Shown here piece after piece: positions 1 to 12,348 of a stretch of DNA of 64,000 bases. Made by a program: the position numbers and the translations under genes. Origin of the DNA: Utricularia gibba (lineage: Eukaryota > Plantae > Magnoliophyta); assembly GCA_002189035.1 (NCBI GenBank), contig NEEC01000016.1, forward strand, positions 496,001 to 560,000, given 5' to 3'. Positions within the stretch are counted from its first letter, which is position 1. Every line of letters starts with the position of its first letter. Under the pieces are notes generated by a model. That model ran no database searches. It was not told the origin of the DNA and worked only from the letters and a program-made list of their open reading frames with translations.

Positions 1-1028
1 CGGTAAGTATTCAACGATTGGACGAGTAAACTAGAAAAACCCTTCGTTTACAGCCTTGTTTTTTTTTCTCGCTAGGGTTTTTGGTTTTGATGAAGAAACA
101 ATCCCAACTCAATATGGCGTTTCACTTCCACATGCAAAAATCGAGCAACCCCCTTGTGAATTCACCGCAGAGACCAAAAAATACAAAAAAAATTAGAAAA
201 AAATGGTTGTATCATCCGGCAGAACTCCCCTCTTCCCGGGAATTCAATATACGAATCTCAGGCTCGTCCCGTTCCCGTTCCCGTTCGTGGGGAATATTTT
301 CAGTTCAGCGTATCAGCAATTTAATATTTCTTATATTAATAATAATTATTATTATACTCACGTACCCGGTACCCACCCTGCAATGCACAGTCAGATTCAG
401 TCAGATTATTTTATTTTTTACAAAAAGAAATTATAAAATCATGCTTTAAGTAATTAAATATAAATAATGTTTCTGTTCTCATTTCGTTTGATATTTTTAA
501 ATATATATTGTGATAATTCCTAAGAATAGATTCTCTAAAAAAGAAAAGGGTAAAGATGGAACATTTTTATAGCTTGATCTTAAAAGTCAGATGATGCAAT
601 TAAATTAGTTTTATATCTCAATCATTCGATCTCTAATGGTTTCTGTGCAAAGTAATTAAGGTATAATTAAATTTAACCTAATCCCTATTACAAATTATTA
701 GTAATTTAAAATGATTCAGTCACGATTTTTTTAAATAATCTTCCCCATCTCTTGTAGGTTGAAATGTAACTAACTAAGCTTTATACTTCAATTCAAAAAC
801 CCCACAATGAAACTGTCAAAAAAAAGTGTGAAAATCTGTACTCTGGACAAGAATGCTCAAGAACAGAAAATACTCCCCAGGCTCAGATAAAAAATCATCA
901 CCATCATCAGCAACATGAGGATCTCCAGAATTTGGTTTCAAATGCCTCAAGAGATGAATGTAAAGCCTGTAGGAATAGGTATCCTCTGATAGCAGGAAGC
1001 AACTAACCGGTGTTTCCTTCAACTGATG

Positions 1029-2589
1029 CTATTGATCGTTGTGATCATCTCCTGAAACAATGTCATCATATGAGACGGGCACCCGTATTCGATCATGAAC
1101 TGATCTACGTTTCTGGGCATCAGTTGGAATCTCAAACTGGATGCTGTCTTCAGGGGTGACCTTTGGAACAGTGGATGGATCACTTTGCAAAGTGGCCTCT
1201 ACCGGCTGCTTCAGTTCTAGCTTGTTATTAGCTTGTTGCTTAAATTGCTTCTGTGAGAGCACAAGATTAATGCATCAGATGCTCATATGTCAGCTCATAC
1301 ACATGAAATTCTTGAACTGTGCACAACGAGAAACGTTTACATACCTCAAACTCTTTCCCCTTTTTCATTATTTCCTTATACGCAGTTGGATCACGCACCT
1401 TGATGAGGCTCCACAATATACCACCACCATTACGAAACCGGCTTCCATCTGCAGTTCTTTGCCCTCCGCATGATTGAATAGCATCCACCTGAAAGTCATT
1501 TATGTCATGGTATGCGGGAAAAACACCCACGGACTGCTAAGGTCAAAACTGCATGCTCATGCTTGACTTCATAAATGACACAGCCACAAGTTGATTATGT
1601 GATCAATTAGTGGAGTCGATAGGCAAGATTTATCACGAGCCTTCTCTTTTTGAAAAAAAAAATATTAACAGGAGTATCCAGATTTGATGAAGGCTTCGTG
1701 GCTAATTGCCTCGAATCCCACCAATCAGCAAGAATGCTGGGTGTATTAATCTCGTGTGAGAGGCGACTAGGAAAAAGTGAAAATTGAGCCATAAATGCAA
1801 AACCATGAAAATCAACCTACATCAATGGAAAAGATGAGGAAGCATTCTTATATCAAAGTTTCATTTGGATGAAAGCAAGAAATTCTTCAAACGGTGGATC
1901 TGCGAATGAATTGAGACAACATCAAACCAAGAGCAAGAAGACACAGTCCGAAAGCATGTGGGGTGTTGTGGTTTAATTTGTCTCACCTTCAATTAGAAAA
2001 CGCAGTCTGTCTCTAACAGACATCGGCGGCAGGATAAAGTTAATGGAAAGATTATGTTGTGTGGTTAATTGTTAAAGTATAAAAAAACATTCTGGTTGAA
2101 AATATGATGACATGGTAAGAGGAGTTTATATAACATTACCTCTTTTAAGAGATCACTCAATGCAGAGACACCAAGACAGCCAACAGCAGTCCATATAAGA
2201 TATGATTTTCTCTCTCGCAAACTCTTGCATGCTTCAGAAACAAACCTAAACAGTGCAACAGAGCAAAAAAGTATCACAAAACAATTCAAAGCGAAAGCTT
2301 TAAGAAATTGGCAACGAGTAAGAGAAGAAGCAAACTTGTTAATGTTGGTCACATTTCCGGCTTTACAACGGCCTCTTTTTTTCCGGTTCTTCTTCCTTGT
2401 TTTCTTGTATTTTAAAGTCTTGCTGCTAGAATCTTCATGTCCATGTTCAAAACTATCACCACAAGTTTCCCCTTCTTTGCTTGGTTCAATAAACTCGCCT
2501 TCTTCAGCATCAAGCATCTCAATGTCTAGCCCGTTTTCTGCACCTTCCTCATCAAAAAGCGAATCCAGCAAGCTCTCTTCGTTTTCCAT
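1029..2589 (-). CDS. PHAX: PHAX RNA-binding-domain protein (phosphorylated adapter for RNA export), 4 coding exons (~2589-2337, 2246-2140, 1489-1345, 1250-1029)
   Basis: Spliced reading MENEESLLD...RFVSEACKSLRERKSYLIWTAVGCLGVSALSDLLKE|VDAIQSCGGQRTADGSRFRNGGGILWSLIK...KEFE|KQFKQ matches the plant PHAX RNA-binding domain; GT-AG junctions join ORFs 2065-2667, 1267-1530 and 1029-1262 in frame. Confidence 0.88.
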
Positions 2590-3096
2590 GAGTGCAGGAC
2601 CTTTAGAATACCTACATGACAAAATAACATGCCCCATCATGAACGAAAATTGACAAAAAAAAAACAACCCAACTCCCGAAAAGAAATCGCAATTGTATGT
2701 TCTATCAGCGATTGCGAACCAGCTTCCATGACAACAAAAGAAGCATAAATCATTAAATCATAAACAGAAAAAGGCATCACAATCAACTTGTAAGATCCCT
2801 AAAAAATCTCAGGAGAACCGATCTAATGATACCCGGAAGAAGTCAGTGACTTGCACAGGGAGACCACAGAAACCCTACACGGCGAAGAGCGGCTCCCCCC
2901 AACTTCACAGTTTCAAAATAATAGAATGTTATATGCAACGAAAATGTATCTGTTCTTTTTTCTTATTTTAGATAATGAATAAATTGATACTGCTTCTTTT
3001 TCCTCGTAATTCCGCGTTTTCTCTAAATTCAAGAAGGGCAATTGAGTTGCGATTGGGGTTTCTTACCTGAAAGTTAGGTGACTCGACCTCTCGACG

Positions 3097-5243
3097 ATGT
3101 ACGCCGATCAGCTGGAGGCTCAAGCCAACAGATCGGTGAAGGACCGGCTGAACGGAAATTTTGCTTCTGCTGCAGGTGGCCGCAGACCCGTCGCGGGAAA
3201 GAGGTTAACTTGTTTGAACTCTGGAACTATTCTTATTTGTCAAGAAAACAATTGTGTTGTGGTTATGTGGAACGCTTTCGGTGCGCATGATTTGCTATGA
3301 AGTTAGGCCTCTTGACCTTGTATGGCTTTTAACGGAAAAATGGATAACTCTTCTGCTGATTGTTTTTTTACCTTTGACTGCTCTAAGATTGGTCCGTGGT
3401 TTTTAAGTATAAACCGGTGGTATATATTGAATGAAAAGAACGCTTATTTGAAACTTGAAGCACTTGCTTAGGGTATGTTGATGTGCAAGGACATGTTGTC
3501 TCTGTAACGTGCAGATAGCGTTGAAGGTAACTAGGTTTCTTGGCAGTTACAGATAGGCTGTGTTTGATGTGGCTGATTTTCCATGACATTCTTCATTGAA
3601 GTTTTTGTATTTCGTGTTTTAAAATAGTAGTGGAATCTATGAAATTTAAGATAATGTGATGACAGTTATGGAACCATACATATTATGTTATGCTTAATGA
3701 ATAATCACCAAGTGTATGTGCAAAAATGTCAGGATAAACAGGAGCTTAGCTTGTGTAGACTTGGTCTCTTTTAGGATAGATTTGAAGTTCAGTGGTCCAG
3801 CTGCCCCATGCTTGTTATGTGCTGTTGTACATATTACACACTGTTCATGCCTGCATTTTTTATTTGGGAAGACCACCTCATCTTGTGGATACAAATGTCA
3901 TGTAGAAGAAGAGAAGATGATGGGAAGTGGGAGCACGATCTTTTTCAGGATAAAGTACCTGCTGTATCAAGTATGGCGAGTTGTTTTATGCTTAATTAGT
4001 ACAGGAAATATGGATTTCTTCAGTTACCTGGATGCTGTACAAATAAGCTGTGAATCATATTTAATGACTTTGAAGATCGCATGATTGGTGCAAGGGATCT
4101 TCGTCTGAAGCTCCAAAGGAAGAATATTATTGAACGAGCTGATCAAAACTTGAGGGAATCTGTTTCTGGTACAAGGGACTTGCGTGAAAAGCTCTCTGGT
4201 ACATTGTATACTCGTCCTTCCAAATCTAAGGTATCTGCAGTTCGAAAAAATCCTGTTTCTGAGGTCACCAAACGCACTCGGAAGAGCATCATATTCCAAG
4301 CATCTAATCCAGAAACCAATACAAATGATGCCAAAGCAAAGAAACCAGTACAACAGGGGGTGAGCCTCATGATTTTTGTTCTCTTCCGGTGGATGTTTGC
4401 TGCCACCCTGCTGCTCCTGCTAGGGGAGACGCAGGTGCTCCTTCATCAATTGGTTCATTTTCTTTTTTCAGTTATGCTCCGTGGATGACTTCCTGCAGTC
4501 ATTGGGCCTTGAGAAATATTCGATTACACTTCAGGCTGAAGAGGTAACCTATATACCTTAATTTTTTCAAAGGTGGATATATGATTTTCCTAATTCATAT
4601 AGCAAAGTGAAAATATATGGCAGGTTGATATGACAGCTCTTTTGCATATGAAGGATGAAGACTTTAAAGCTCTGGGAATTCCAATGGTGAGCTTTTAGTT
4701 TGATATGATTTCCATAGCAAATACGAATATTCTTCATGATGCTATTTTATATTATAAACGAGTAATGTTTCAAGACTTACCCTTTCTGCTGTTAGTCCTT
4801 ATTTATTCCTGCATGCACGCGCTTTCAGTTAAATACGGACTATACTCGTTGACTATACCCTCATTAATGGCCATTCATTCTTGGAATGTATACTTTACCT
4901 TCTTTTTCCTTAAAGTAGCTTTACTCTTTCCAAGCTAGAAAGACCTACGGCCTGATTCATACTCAATTGTTTAGTTGCAGAAACGCTATCAATTAATCCC
5001 CTCAATTCGATAGATTTCCCTATTGCTCTGACCAAGGCTTCCTCTTATTTGCTTGAGTTTTATCTCTCCCATCCTCGTACGAATTACTTCAATTCAGCGT
5101 CTGCGTAGTGCATGGCACGTTATTGACAGCACTGGGTGACCTTCATGGATGCCTAGTAATAATCACTCCAATCTTCTTGCTTCTTGTTTCAGGGACCAAG
5201 AAAAAAGATTCTTCTGGAACTTGAATCGAAATCCAACATCTGA
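3097..5243 (+). CDS. Sterile alpha motif (SAM) domain protein, multi-exon
   Basis: Exons MYADQLEAQANRSVKDRL..., RREDDGKWEHDLF, GARDLRLKLQRK...RDLREKLSG, LCSVDDFLQSLGLEKYSITLQAEE|VDMTALLHMKDEDFKALGIPM|GPRKKILLELESKSNI*; the C-terminus is a typical SAM domain, and all junctions checked are GT-AG. Confidence 0.88.
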
Positions 5244-6035
5244 GTTTGCAAGGCTCTTCGATTTTCTTTTCTTGAGGCTTTTTTCTAGGAAAAATTGCTG
5301 GATCAGCTGGCTTGCGCTTCCTTCCTGTTAGGCCATTATATATTTGTTGTTGCTGTTGTTGTAGAGCAAGCAAGTTGAAGCGATCTTATTTCTGTACTGA
5401 ATCATGGCTCCTGCTTAGTCATTTATCAAGATGGTTATTATTAGTTCTAATTTTTAATATTTTTTCTCTGCCCCGTTTTCTTCTCTTCTCCCACATGTTC
5501 TTGTGCTCGCTTCTCATCAACCTGCTTTGAGATTAGTAGTAAATGCGTTTACCGCAGACATGAAGTACACAGATCATCCCCTGGACTGTAAATGATGTAT
5601 ACTGTACGGTCATCATCACTTATCCCCCACCCTGAACATCATCCATGGCTAACTTTTTCAACGTTCCAGATTCCGCTGCCTGACGGCGATTGAAGTTTGT
5701 CTTTGGTGGATGATCAATGAATGCTTTTATCTCCAGAATAAAATACTGTTTCCAGGTTCCCCACACTTACATATTGCATTATTTGATGGCGACATGGAGT
5801 TTAACAGCTGGAGGAAGAAACTTGGAGGAAATTTTGACCAAGGGTGAAATGGAGATGCGAAGGTGACCAACCAGCAAAAATCAGAAGTTCTGGTCAAATC
5901 ATCGACCGGTCCTTCTTCTTCCATGCGGTTTTGTATACAGGCACCTTCATCGCTCCTTCTTTGACTTTCCTCTGAGAAGTATCAGAGGTCGCTTAGTACA
6001 GAGTGGAAAGGGATCACTTCGAGTTTGCAGAGATC

Positions 6036-7787
6036 ATGGCTGTGAGTTCGCCTCCATATCCTTTACTGCAATAGTTGCTTTACTTTTCTAAAAAGCCTGT
6101 ATTTGTTTCTCATCACTATCTTACTTGGAGTATTGCGTTTTATGTACATGTAATCTATAGCTGCGAACTAGTTCTGTTGTATAGATGTGTGTTCACTGCA
6201 GATTGTGATGATTTTGGTTTAACAAGCATTTTGATGTACCTATTTTAATTCGCTGCTGTATACAATCCTACATGTCTTTGCATCCCGTATGTTGTTTCTG
6301 CAGAGGCATGATAAACCAGAGTGGGGTGTGTCGGCAGTCCTAAAGAGAAACATAAATCCAGATGGGCCAAAGGGCAGTCCTGAAATGTCCCCTGCTCCAC
6401 CAAGAGTCATACAAGAGGAATCACAGAGAAGAGGGCTATCCAACCCTTCCTCAGGAAGAGGAGGTCAGGGAGGAAATGGTGGCCTGCAGCAGCCTCCAGT
6501 CCAACAGAGGGTTAGAAAACCCTCGGCGTACTGCCCCTATGAGCAGCTGCCTGCATCTTCCGGAAGACCAGGTGCAAGGTCTGAACAAAGCTATGAGAGA
6601 TCACCTCTTCATCCCCAGCAGAGCCTTTCTTTGAGGCCTGGTGCGATCATGGATTGTGGCTTTGGAAAGTCCCCAGCTCATCCAATTCAAGCTCGTTCTC
6701 CGAAGGTGGATGCCAATTCCAATCAGAGGTTTGAAAGGTCTCCTCATCATCCGCAGCTGCAAGCTAGAACTGCGCGCCAAGGCAAAGATAAATCTTATGA
6801 AGGGGCCGGGGCAAAGCAAACCAGGGAAGATGCAGAAAGTGTAAGTTTTTTTTTTTTTTTTTTTGCTAGATTTGTAACAAGGATCACTTAATTGCTCCAT
6901 CATTTTGTAGTTGAAAAATCCCAAAATGTCCCCTGCTCAACCAAGAATCGTACAGGAGGAAACACTGGGAAGAGGGCTGTCCAAGCCTTCCTCAAGAAGA
7001 GGAGGTCGAAATGGTGGTTTGCAGCAGCCTCCGGTCCAACAGAGTGTTACTGACAGCTCCGCATACTCTCCGTATGAGCAGCTGCCTGCACCTTCCGGAA
7101 GACCAGGTGCAAGGTCTGAACAAAGCTATGAGAGATCACGTACTCATCCCCAGCCGAGCCATTCTCCGAGGCCGGGTGGCTTTGAAAAGTCCCCAGTTCA
7201 TCCAAATCAATCTCGTTCTCCCAAGGTGGATGCCAAGCCCAATCGCAGGTATGAAAGATCTCCTCTTCATCCCCAGCTGCGACCTAAAACTGTGCGCCAA
7301 GGCAAAGATAAAGATTATGAAGGGACTCGGGCAAAGCAAATCAAGCAAGATCCAGAAACTGTAAGTTTTTTTTTTTCCCCTTTATTCCTAGTTTTGTAAC
7401 AAGGATCCCTCAACTGCTCCATCATTTTGCAGCCTGATGAAGAGGTGGCTATTCCAGAATTCAGCACATTGAACAGAAAAGATTCCGAAAAGGTGTCCGA
7501 GATATTCGGTATAATTTTTAAATCAAGGCAGAATCCAAATCACCCTCTCCACACCAATCGCTCCAATCCTCCCTCAGAATCAAAGGTCAGTTCATCATCC
7601 CTTTGGCTTGAGTGAGAACACCAGTTCTTATTGAAAGTAGCCAGTTCCAACACCGTTCCTACTTTCTCCTCTTGAACTTGAGAAGCAGTACTGCGGCATT
7701 TAGCTTGTGTAAGATTCACTGTGCTCGAATTCAAGTGTGTTTGTCTCATGCCTCTTGCAGAAATCCTGGTGCTGCTTCCCCTGGTGA
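6036..7787 (+). CDS. RIN4: RIN4/NOI-family protein, highly diverged, ~390 aa; exons 6036-6041, 6304-6840, 6911-7360, 7433-7585, 7761-7787
   Basis: Diagnostic 6-nt first exon ATGGCT|GTGAGT; MARHDKPEWG...INPDGP N-terminus; repeated ERSPLHP motifs; phase-0 intron before PDEEVAIPEF (cf. PEKVTVVPKF); last exon KSWCCFPW* (CCF palmitoylation anchor); adjacent to CDC45. Confidence 0.8.
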
Positions 7788-8179
7788 TGCCGCTGCTCCT
7801 CACAATGAGTTGTCCAGAACGCACGTGCACGTGGACTTTACTACAGAACTTATAACCAGTCTGAGATTGAATTTGAAATTTGATTTTTTTCAGTAATTTT
7901 GATAAAAAAAATCCTAAATTTAAAAATGTTAATTTAGATAATTATTTCAATGTTTCAAAGGATATTAATTTATTGTAAAAGGAAATTGTAGATGAATTTA
8001 AAAATATTGATTATAATTTAATAAATAATTGCAATATTCTTTTTATTGGAGGAATAAATAAATGTAGTTTAATTAGTTAAATCTGAAATATGGCAAGAGA
8101 AAAAAAAAAAAAAAGCAGCCAATAATGGAAAGGGCTTAACTGTCTTTTCCATGCATGATCCAAAAGCCAGGAGTCAAAG

Positions 8180-8187
8180 GCGCCAAT
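8180..8187 (-). promoter_or_regulatory. E2F-type site (ATTGGCGC on minus strand) upstream of CDC45
   Basis: GCGCCAAT fits the WTTSSCSS consensus ~430 nt upstream of the CDC45 ATG; replication-initiation genes are typical E2F targets. Motif match only. Confidence 0.45.
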
Positions 8188-8611
8188 TCTTGGCGGTGGT
8201 TGCAAATTTTCGAAAGTGTGCTGCCCTCTTCAAATCTTGAAACTTTGAAGCCCACCAAATTGGTTTGAGCATCCGATCTGCTCGGTGCCCATTTAGTTTT
8301 CCTCCAGTCGAAGAGAAGCCGCTGTGGAAACGGAACGGCGGAGGGCGGCAGGACCCCAATTCTACTCTGTCAAAACAATTTTCAGGTGTACCATTCACAA
8401 TTTCTCCTCTTTGCTACTAATTATGAGGAGCGAGCTTGAACCCATCTCAGAATTTGTGTCTGGGTTCATGTTCAATCGTAATTTAGTCTCGGAGATGGGT
8501 GCTAATATATCCCGAGTTGAGATAGCATTGTTTCATGAGTGCTTGTGAAGATTTACAGCACTAATATTTGGTCTTTTGTTGGGATTACGTTTTTTGTTCT
8601 CGGGTGTTGGT

Positions 8612-10408
8612 ATGGTTAGGGAGCAGAGTGTTGACTCCTTTTACTCTCGTTTGAGGGCGTCTGCGCTAGCCTCTGCTTCATCTGCACCTCTGTTGATTTT
8701 CCCTTCAACTTCAGATGTTGATTCTTTATGTGCCTTGAAGATTATTGGGCATGTTCTGGAATCTGATTCAATTAGATATGCTTGTTATCCAGTTTCTAGT
8801 TTTAAGGAAATACACAACTGTACTGAGCCTTACTTGAGTTCGTCTCTGGATGAACCCCTAACCATTTTGTTAATAAACTGGGGTTGCCATAGGGATTTGA
8901 GAAAAGAACTGGGTATCGGTTCAGCAGCTTGTGTTTTTGTTGTTGATAGTCATAGGCCTATTCACTTGCATAACCTAAGCAGCAAAAATGATCGGATTGT
9001 AGTTCTTTATACTAGGGATGATGAACTGCAGGCAGATTTGTCATACGATTTTGATGTGTCAACTCTAGCTAATGAAAGTAATTTGGATATTGATGATGAA
9101 GTTGAGGATGATTTAGACAGCGATGATGAAAATGGAAGTGAAAGTGATGATGACGATGGAGGAGGAGGTAGAAGAAGTAAAAGGAGGAGGGTTTCAGATG
9201 AAAATGAGACAGATAACGTAAAAGTTTACAGGAAACTGAAGAGAAGTTACTATCACTTGGGGACTTTTCATGGGAAGCCATCAGGATGTTTAATGTATGA
9301 TTTATCTCATTTGCTGAGGAAGAACAAGAATGAGTTGCTTTGGCTAGCTTGTGTCGCTTTAACTGATCAATTTGTGCATGAAAGGTTGACTGATGAGAGA
9401 TACCAGGCTGGAGTAATGGAACTTGAGCAGTATATCAATAGTTCTGGAAACGCTGATGCTGCAACTCATGTCACGCTCAAGGATGGCACGAAGTTTAGCT
9501 TGCCCGACACTTCCAGAATTGCTTATGAAGATGAGCCAAGGCTTATGTTATTGCAGGAGTGGAACTTGTTTGATTCAATGCTCTGCTCATCTTACATTGC
9601 CACCAAATTGAAGACATGGAGTGCTAATGGTTTGAAAAGGATGCAGTTACTTTTAGCTCGCATGGGATTTGCTAGAGAAGAATGTAAACAAAAATACCAA
9701 TATATGAGTGTTGAGATAAAACGAAGAATGAAGGATATGTTTGAACAATACCTACCTGAGTTTGGATTGACAGATTTCTATTACAGAGGTTTTTTGCTAT
9801 GGTATGGTTATAGTTCAAAGATTTCAGCTGCTGATGTTGTATATGGAGTTTCTGCCTTGTTAGAGTCGTCTGTTGAAGTGGATGGAGCTTCTTGTTCGAA
9901 GCAATTTGGTGTTGCTTATGATGCTTTATCAATAAACAAACTTGAGAAACTGGAAATTGGAATGAAGCAGGCCATCATGGTACAAAGAGCTGTTCTTAGA
10001 CAAGGAAGCATGGCCATAACAAAGAAGGGGTTCATTAGAAGTGGCAGCAAGTTTCGGTGGGTGAAGCTGGAAGACTCTGCAGACACAAAGCTCTTGTGTC
10101 ACCCTCAGGCTTTGACCAAATTTGGCTACTTTCTCTTTGATGCTCTCCAACAGAAAGGTGCAAGAATGAAACCACTTATATGTGTTTGCTACATTGGGGA
10201 ACAGAAGAAGAATGTTCTTATCGTTGGACTTTGTGGGAAGCCACGGCTTGGTGCAGTTCAAGGGAATGCATTTGGAGTCTCGCTGAGAAGTGCTGCTCAG
10301 GAGATTGGAGCAGAGTATTTCCATGAGCTGTTCGAATCATCATGGATAATTTTAGAAGCAGTGGCTGTGAACTCATTCATGATAAGATTGACAGACAAAC
10401 TTCTCTGA
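8612..10408 (+). CDS. CDC45: Cell division control protein 45, single coding exon, 598 aa
   Basis: MVREQSVDSFYSRLR...DVDSLCALKI...INWG...VVDSHRPIHLHN, acidic loop, C-terminal GNAFG...FHELFESSWI; uninterrupted ORF. Confidence 0.96.
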   Translation: MVREQSVDSFYSRLRASALASASSAPLLIFPSTSDVDSLCALKIIGHVLESDSIRYACYPVSSFKEIHNCTEPYLSSSLDEPLTILLINWGCHRDLRKELGIGSAACVFVVDSHRPIHLHNLSSKNDRIVVLYTRDDELQADLSYDFDVSTLANESNLDIDDEVEDDLDSDDENGSESDDDDGGGGRRSKRRRVSDENETDNVKVYRKLKRSYYHLGTFHGKPSGCLMYDLSHLLRKNKNELLWLACVALTDQFVHERLTDERYQAGVMELEQYINSSGNADAATHVTLKDGTKFSLPDTSRIAYEDEPRLMLLQEWNLFDSMLCSSYIATKLKTWSANGLKRMQLLLARMGFAREECKQKYQYMSVEIKRRMKDMFEQYLPEFGLTDFYYRGFLLWYGYSSKISAADVVYGVSALLESSVEVDGASCSKQFGVAYDALSINKLEKLEIGMKQAIMVQRAVLRQGSMAITKKGFIRSGSKFRWVKLEDSADTKLLCHPQALTKFGYFLFDALQQKGARMKPLICVCYIGEQKKNVLIVGLCGKPRLGAVQGNAFGVSLRSAAQEIGAEYFHELFESSWIILEAVAVNSFMIRLTDKLL

Positions 10409-10821
10409 AATTCCCCGTGGATTATTCACAAAGACTAATGTGAACTTCTAGAACAGGTTGACTGAAAGATGAGATTTTCCATCTCCCTTGTTTCAAAACA
10501 TTGAGTTTACTTTTATTTAATGTACCATTCTACACTTTCCTAATTTTGCTGTCATCGTAGCTTGAACTTGTAAATGTATGCATTGCGATTCTACTTTGTA
10601 ACTAAGAACCAAATCATTCTCCATGTATTGGTTGCCTTTGATGATGCTAATGCCATGAACTCAACTTGGAATTACAACCTGTCAATGCATGAGATCAAGC
10701 AGCTTGAGAATGTACTGCAACAACCAAAACTATGAAGCTAGAATCGTGTAACTGATGCCTGTGTAGTCGAATTAAAATAGAACAGGTTAAGTTAACATGG
10801 GAAGTGATCTGGTCTGCTGCA

Positions 10822-12348
10822 TCAGCAGGCTGATATCATGTCATTTGCTTCATCTTCTGAAGGCAAAAAACAAGCATTATTTTCCTTGTCTCCCTCCCAA
10901 GGACTGTCGTTGAACTTTTTCACTCTTCTCCTCTGGCTCTCTGTAAAATCACCCAAACAGCTTACACATCGTTCCCATATACAAAGAACATGTGACAATC
11001 GAGTAAAGGCAAGTTCTTTGAATGACATTCAGAAGGGTAGTGAAAACATGCAGTAGTTTGTCTCACTCTTGCTGTTGATTGCCAAACGTGTCATTGCTAA
11101 AAACTCATCCCAGCTGAACTTGCTTAGTTCCTGCTTTTCCTCCTCGGAGAGTTCAAAATTCGGCTCCCTCCCACACATGAATGCGGCCCTGCAGATCGAA
11201 GAGAAGCGCAGTCTTTGGTTGAACATGAAAAGTCTTGTGAAAATCACGTTTGAGAAAAGGGGTAAGAGAACAAGACCTATCATACAAACGAGCAGCCTCC
11301 TCTTGGGATCTAACAGTTCCCAGATGGATCTGTTTTTTGTCCACTTTGATAGCAGCTTGCCATTTCAAGTTCTTGAAATATACTCCTCTCATGATACATG
11401 GTTCCTGGTTATCGATATGCTTTCGCCGGTGCCGCTTTCTTCTCTTTACCTCTGGAAAATAAAAGAAAGAGAGCACACATACTTCTAAGAATTCTCGCAC
11501 AGCACAAGCTTATAGTGAAAAAACCACTAACCAGAGAACTGTTGCACTACTTGCTCTTTAGATGAAGACGAGGCACTAACATTTGATGAATGCACTCCAT
11601 TTTCTGAAGCGGCTTCCTAAATGAACAAGGAATGAACAACTCTTTAGTACATATTCTGCACTTTTATGGTCATTCAAGCGTCCTTTCACAAATGAATCCG
11701 ATGCAGAGTGAAATGCAGCAATGCTATGCAAACCTTACAGTGCTATCTGACAAATGTGGCTTCAAACAGCAAGCACGGGCAGAACACAAAGCTAGAGGAT
11801 GCACTAATGGCATTAGTAAACCCATGCTCACTTCCTTTGCGTTGAAAACCCATCAAAATCCAGTTACCACATGGTTCAGTAGGGCAGGTATAACAGGGGC
11901 AAACGATCTAGACAAGTGGGATAGGTTTCTGCTCCCAATGCAACAAATGTAATGAATTTTAACAGTAGCACAAGAGGAATTACTCATAGAGTAGCCTCAA
12001 GAAGCATGATTCAGAACGCCATAAAAATGTAATATGCATTCACGACAGGGTGCGAGTGTGGCTTTTAACACTCATGGAGAGGAGCATAAATCTAGAAGCA
12101 TGAACAGGAATTGTAAAAGAAGCTTACTTCTTTTGGCTTGAATTCATATTCTGAATGAGGATGCAAATTGAGTGATCTGCTCTCCTCAGTACTATCTTCC
12201 TTCTTCAAAGACTTCTGCTCTACAAAATCACAAGTAAAACAACATTTAGCAGATGAGCCAAAGTGTCAGTTATCCACATTGCAGTGGCAGATCAGAAAGT
12301 AATACCAGCGCATGATGCTAAAAGCTTGCGTCTTCGTATGCTTACCAT
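10822..12348 (-). CDS. Soloist-type AP2/ERF transcription factor (At4g13040-like), multi-exon
   Basis: Start MVSIRRRKLLASCA; AP2 domain RRKRHRRKH...MRGVYFKNLKWQAAIKVDKKQIHLGTVRSQEEAARLYDR|AAFMCGREPNFELSEEEKQEL; last exon ends ...NDMISAC*. Confidence 0.88.

Noticed and set aside
1-10. Reverse complement ATACTTACCG resembles the U1 snRNA 5' end
   Set aside because: It differs from ATACTTACCTG, no USE/TATA snRNA promoter is visible, and it is cut by the window edge; more simply a plus-strand 5' splice site (CG|GTAAGT).
81-449. 122-aa plus-strand ORF
   Set aside because: Non-ATG start, low-complexity composition, no recognisable domain; probably UTR or intron of a gene outside the window.
5727-5924. 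Minus-strand 65-aa ORF with ICKCGEP (GRF zinc-finger-like)
   Set aside because: Only one CxC pair and no other ligands; it lies in the RIN4 promoter/leader region.
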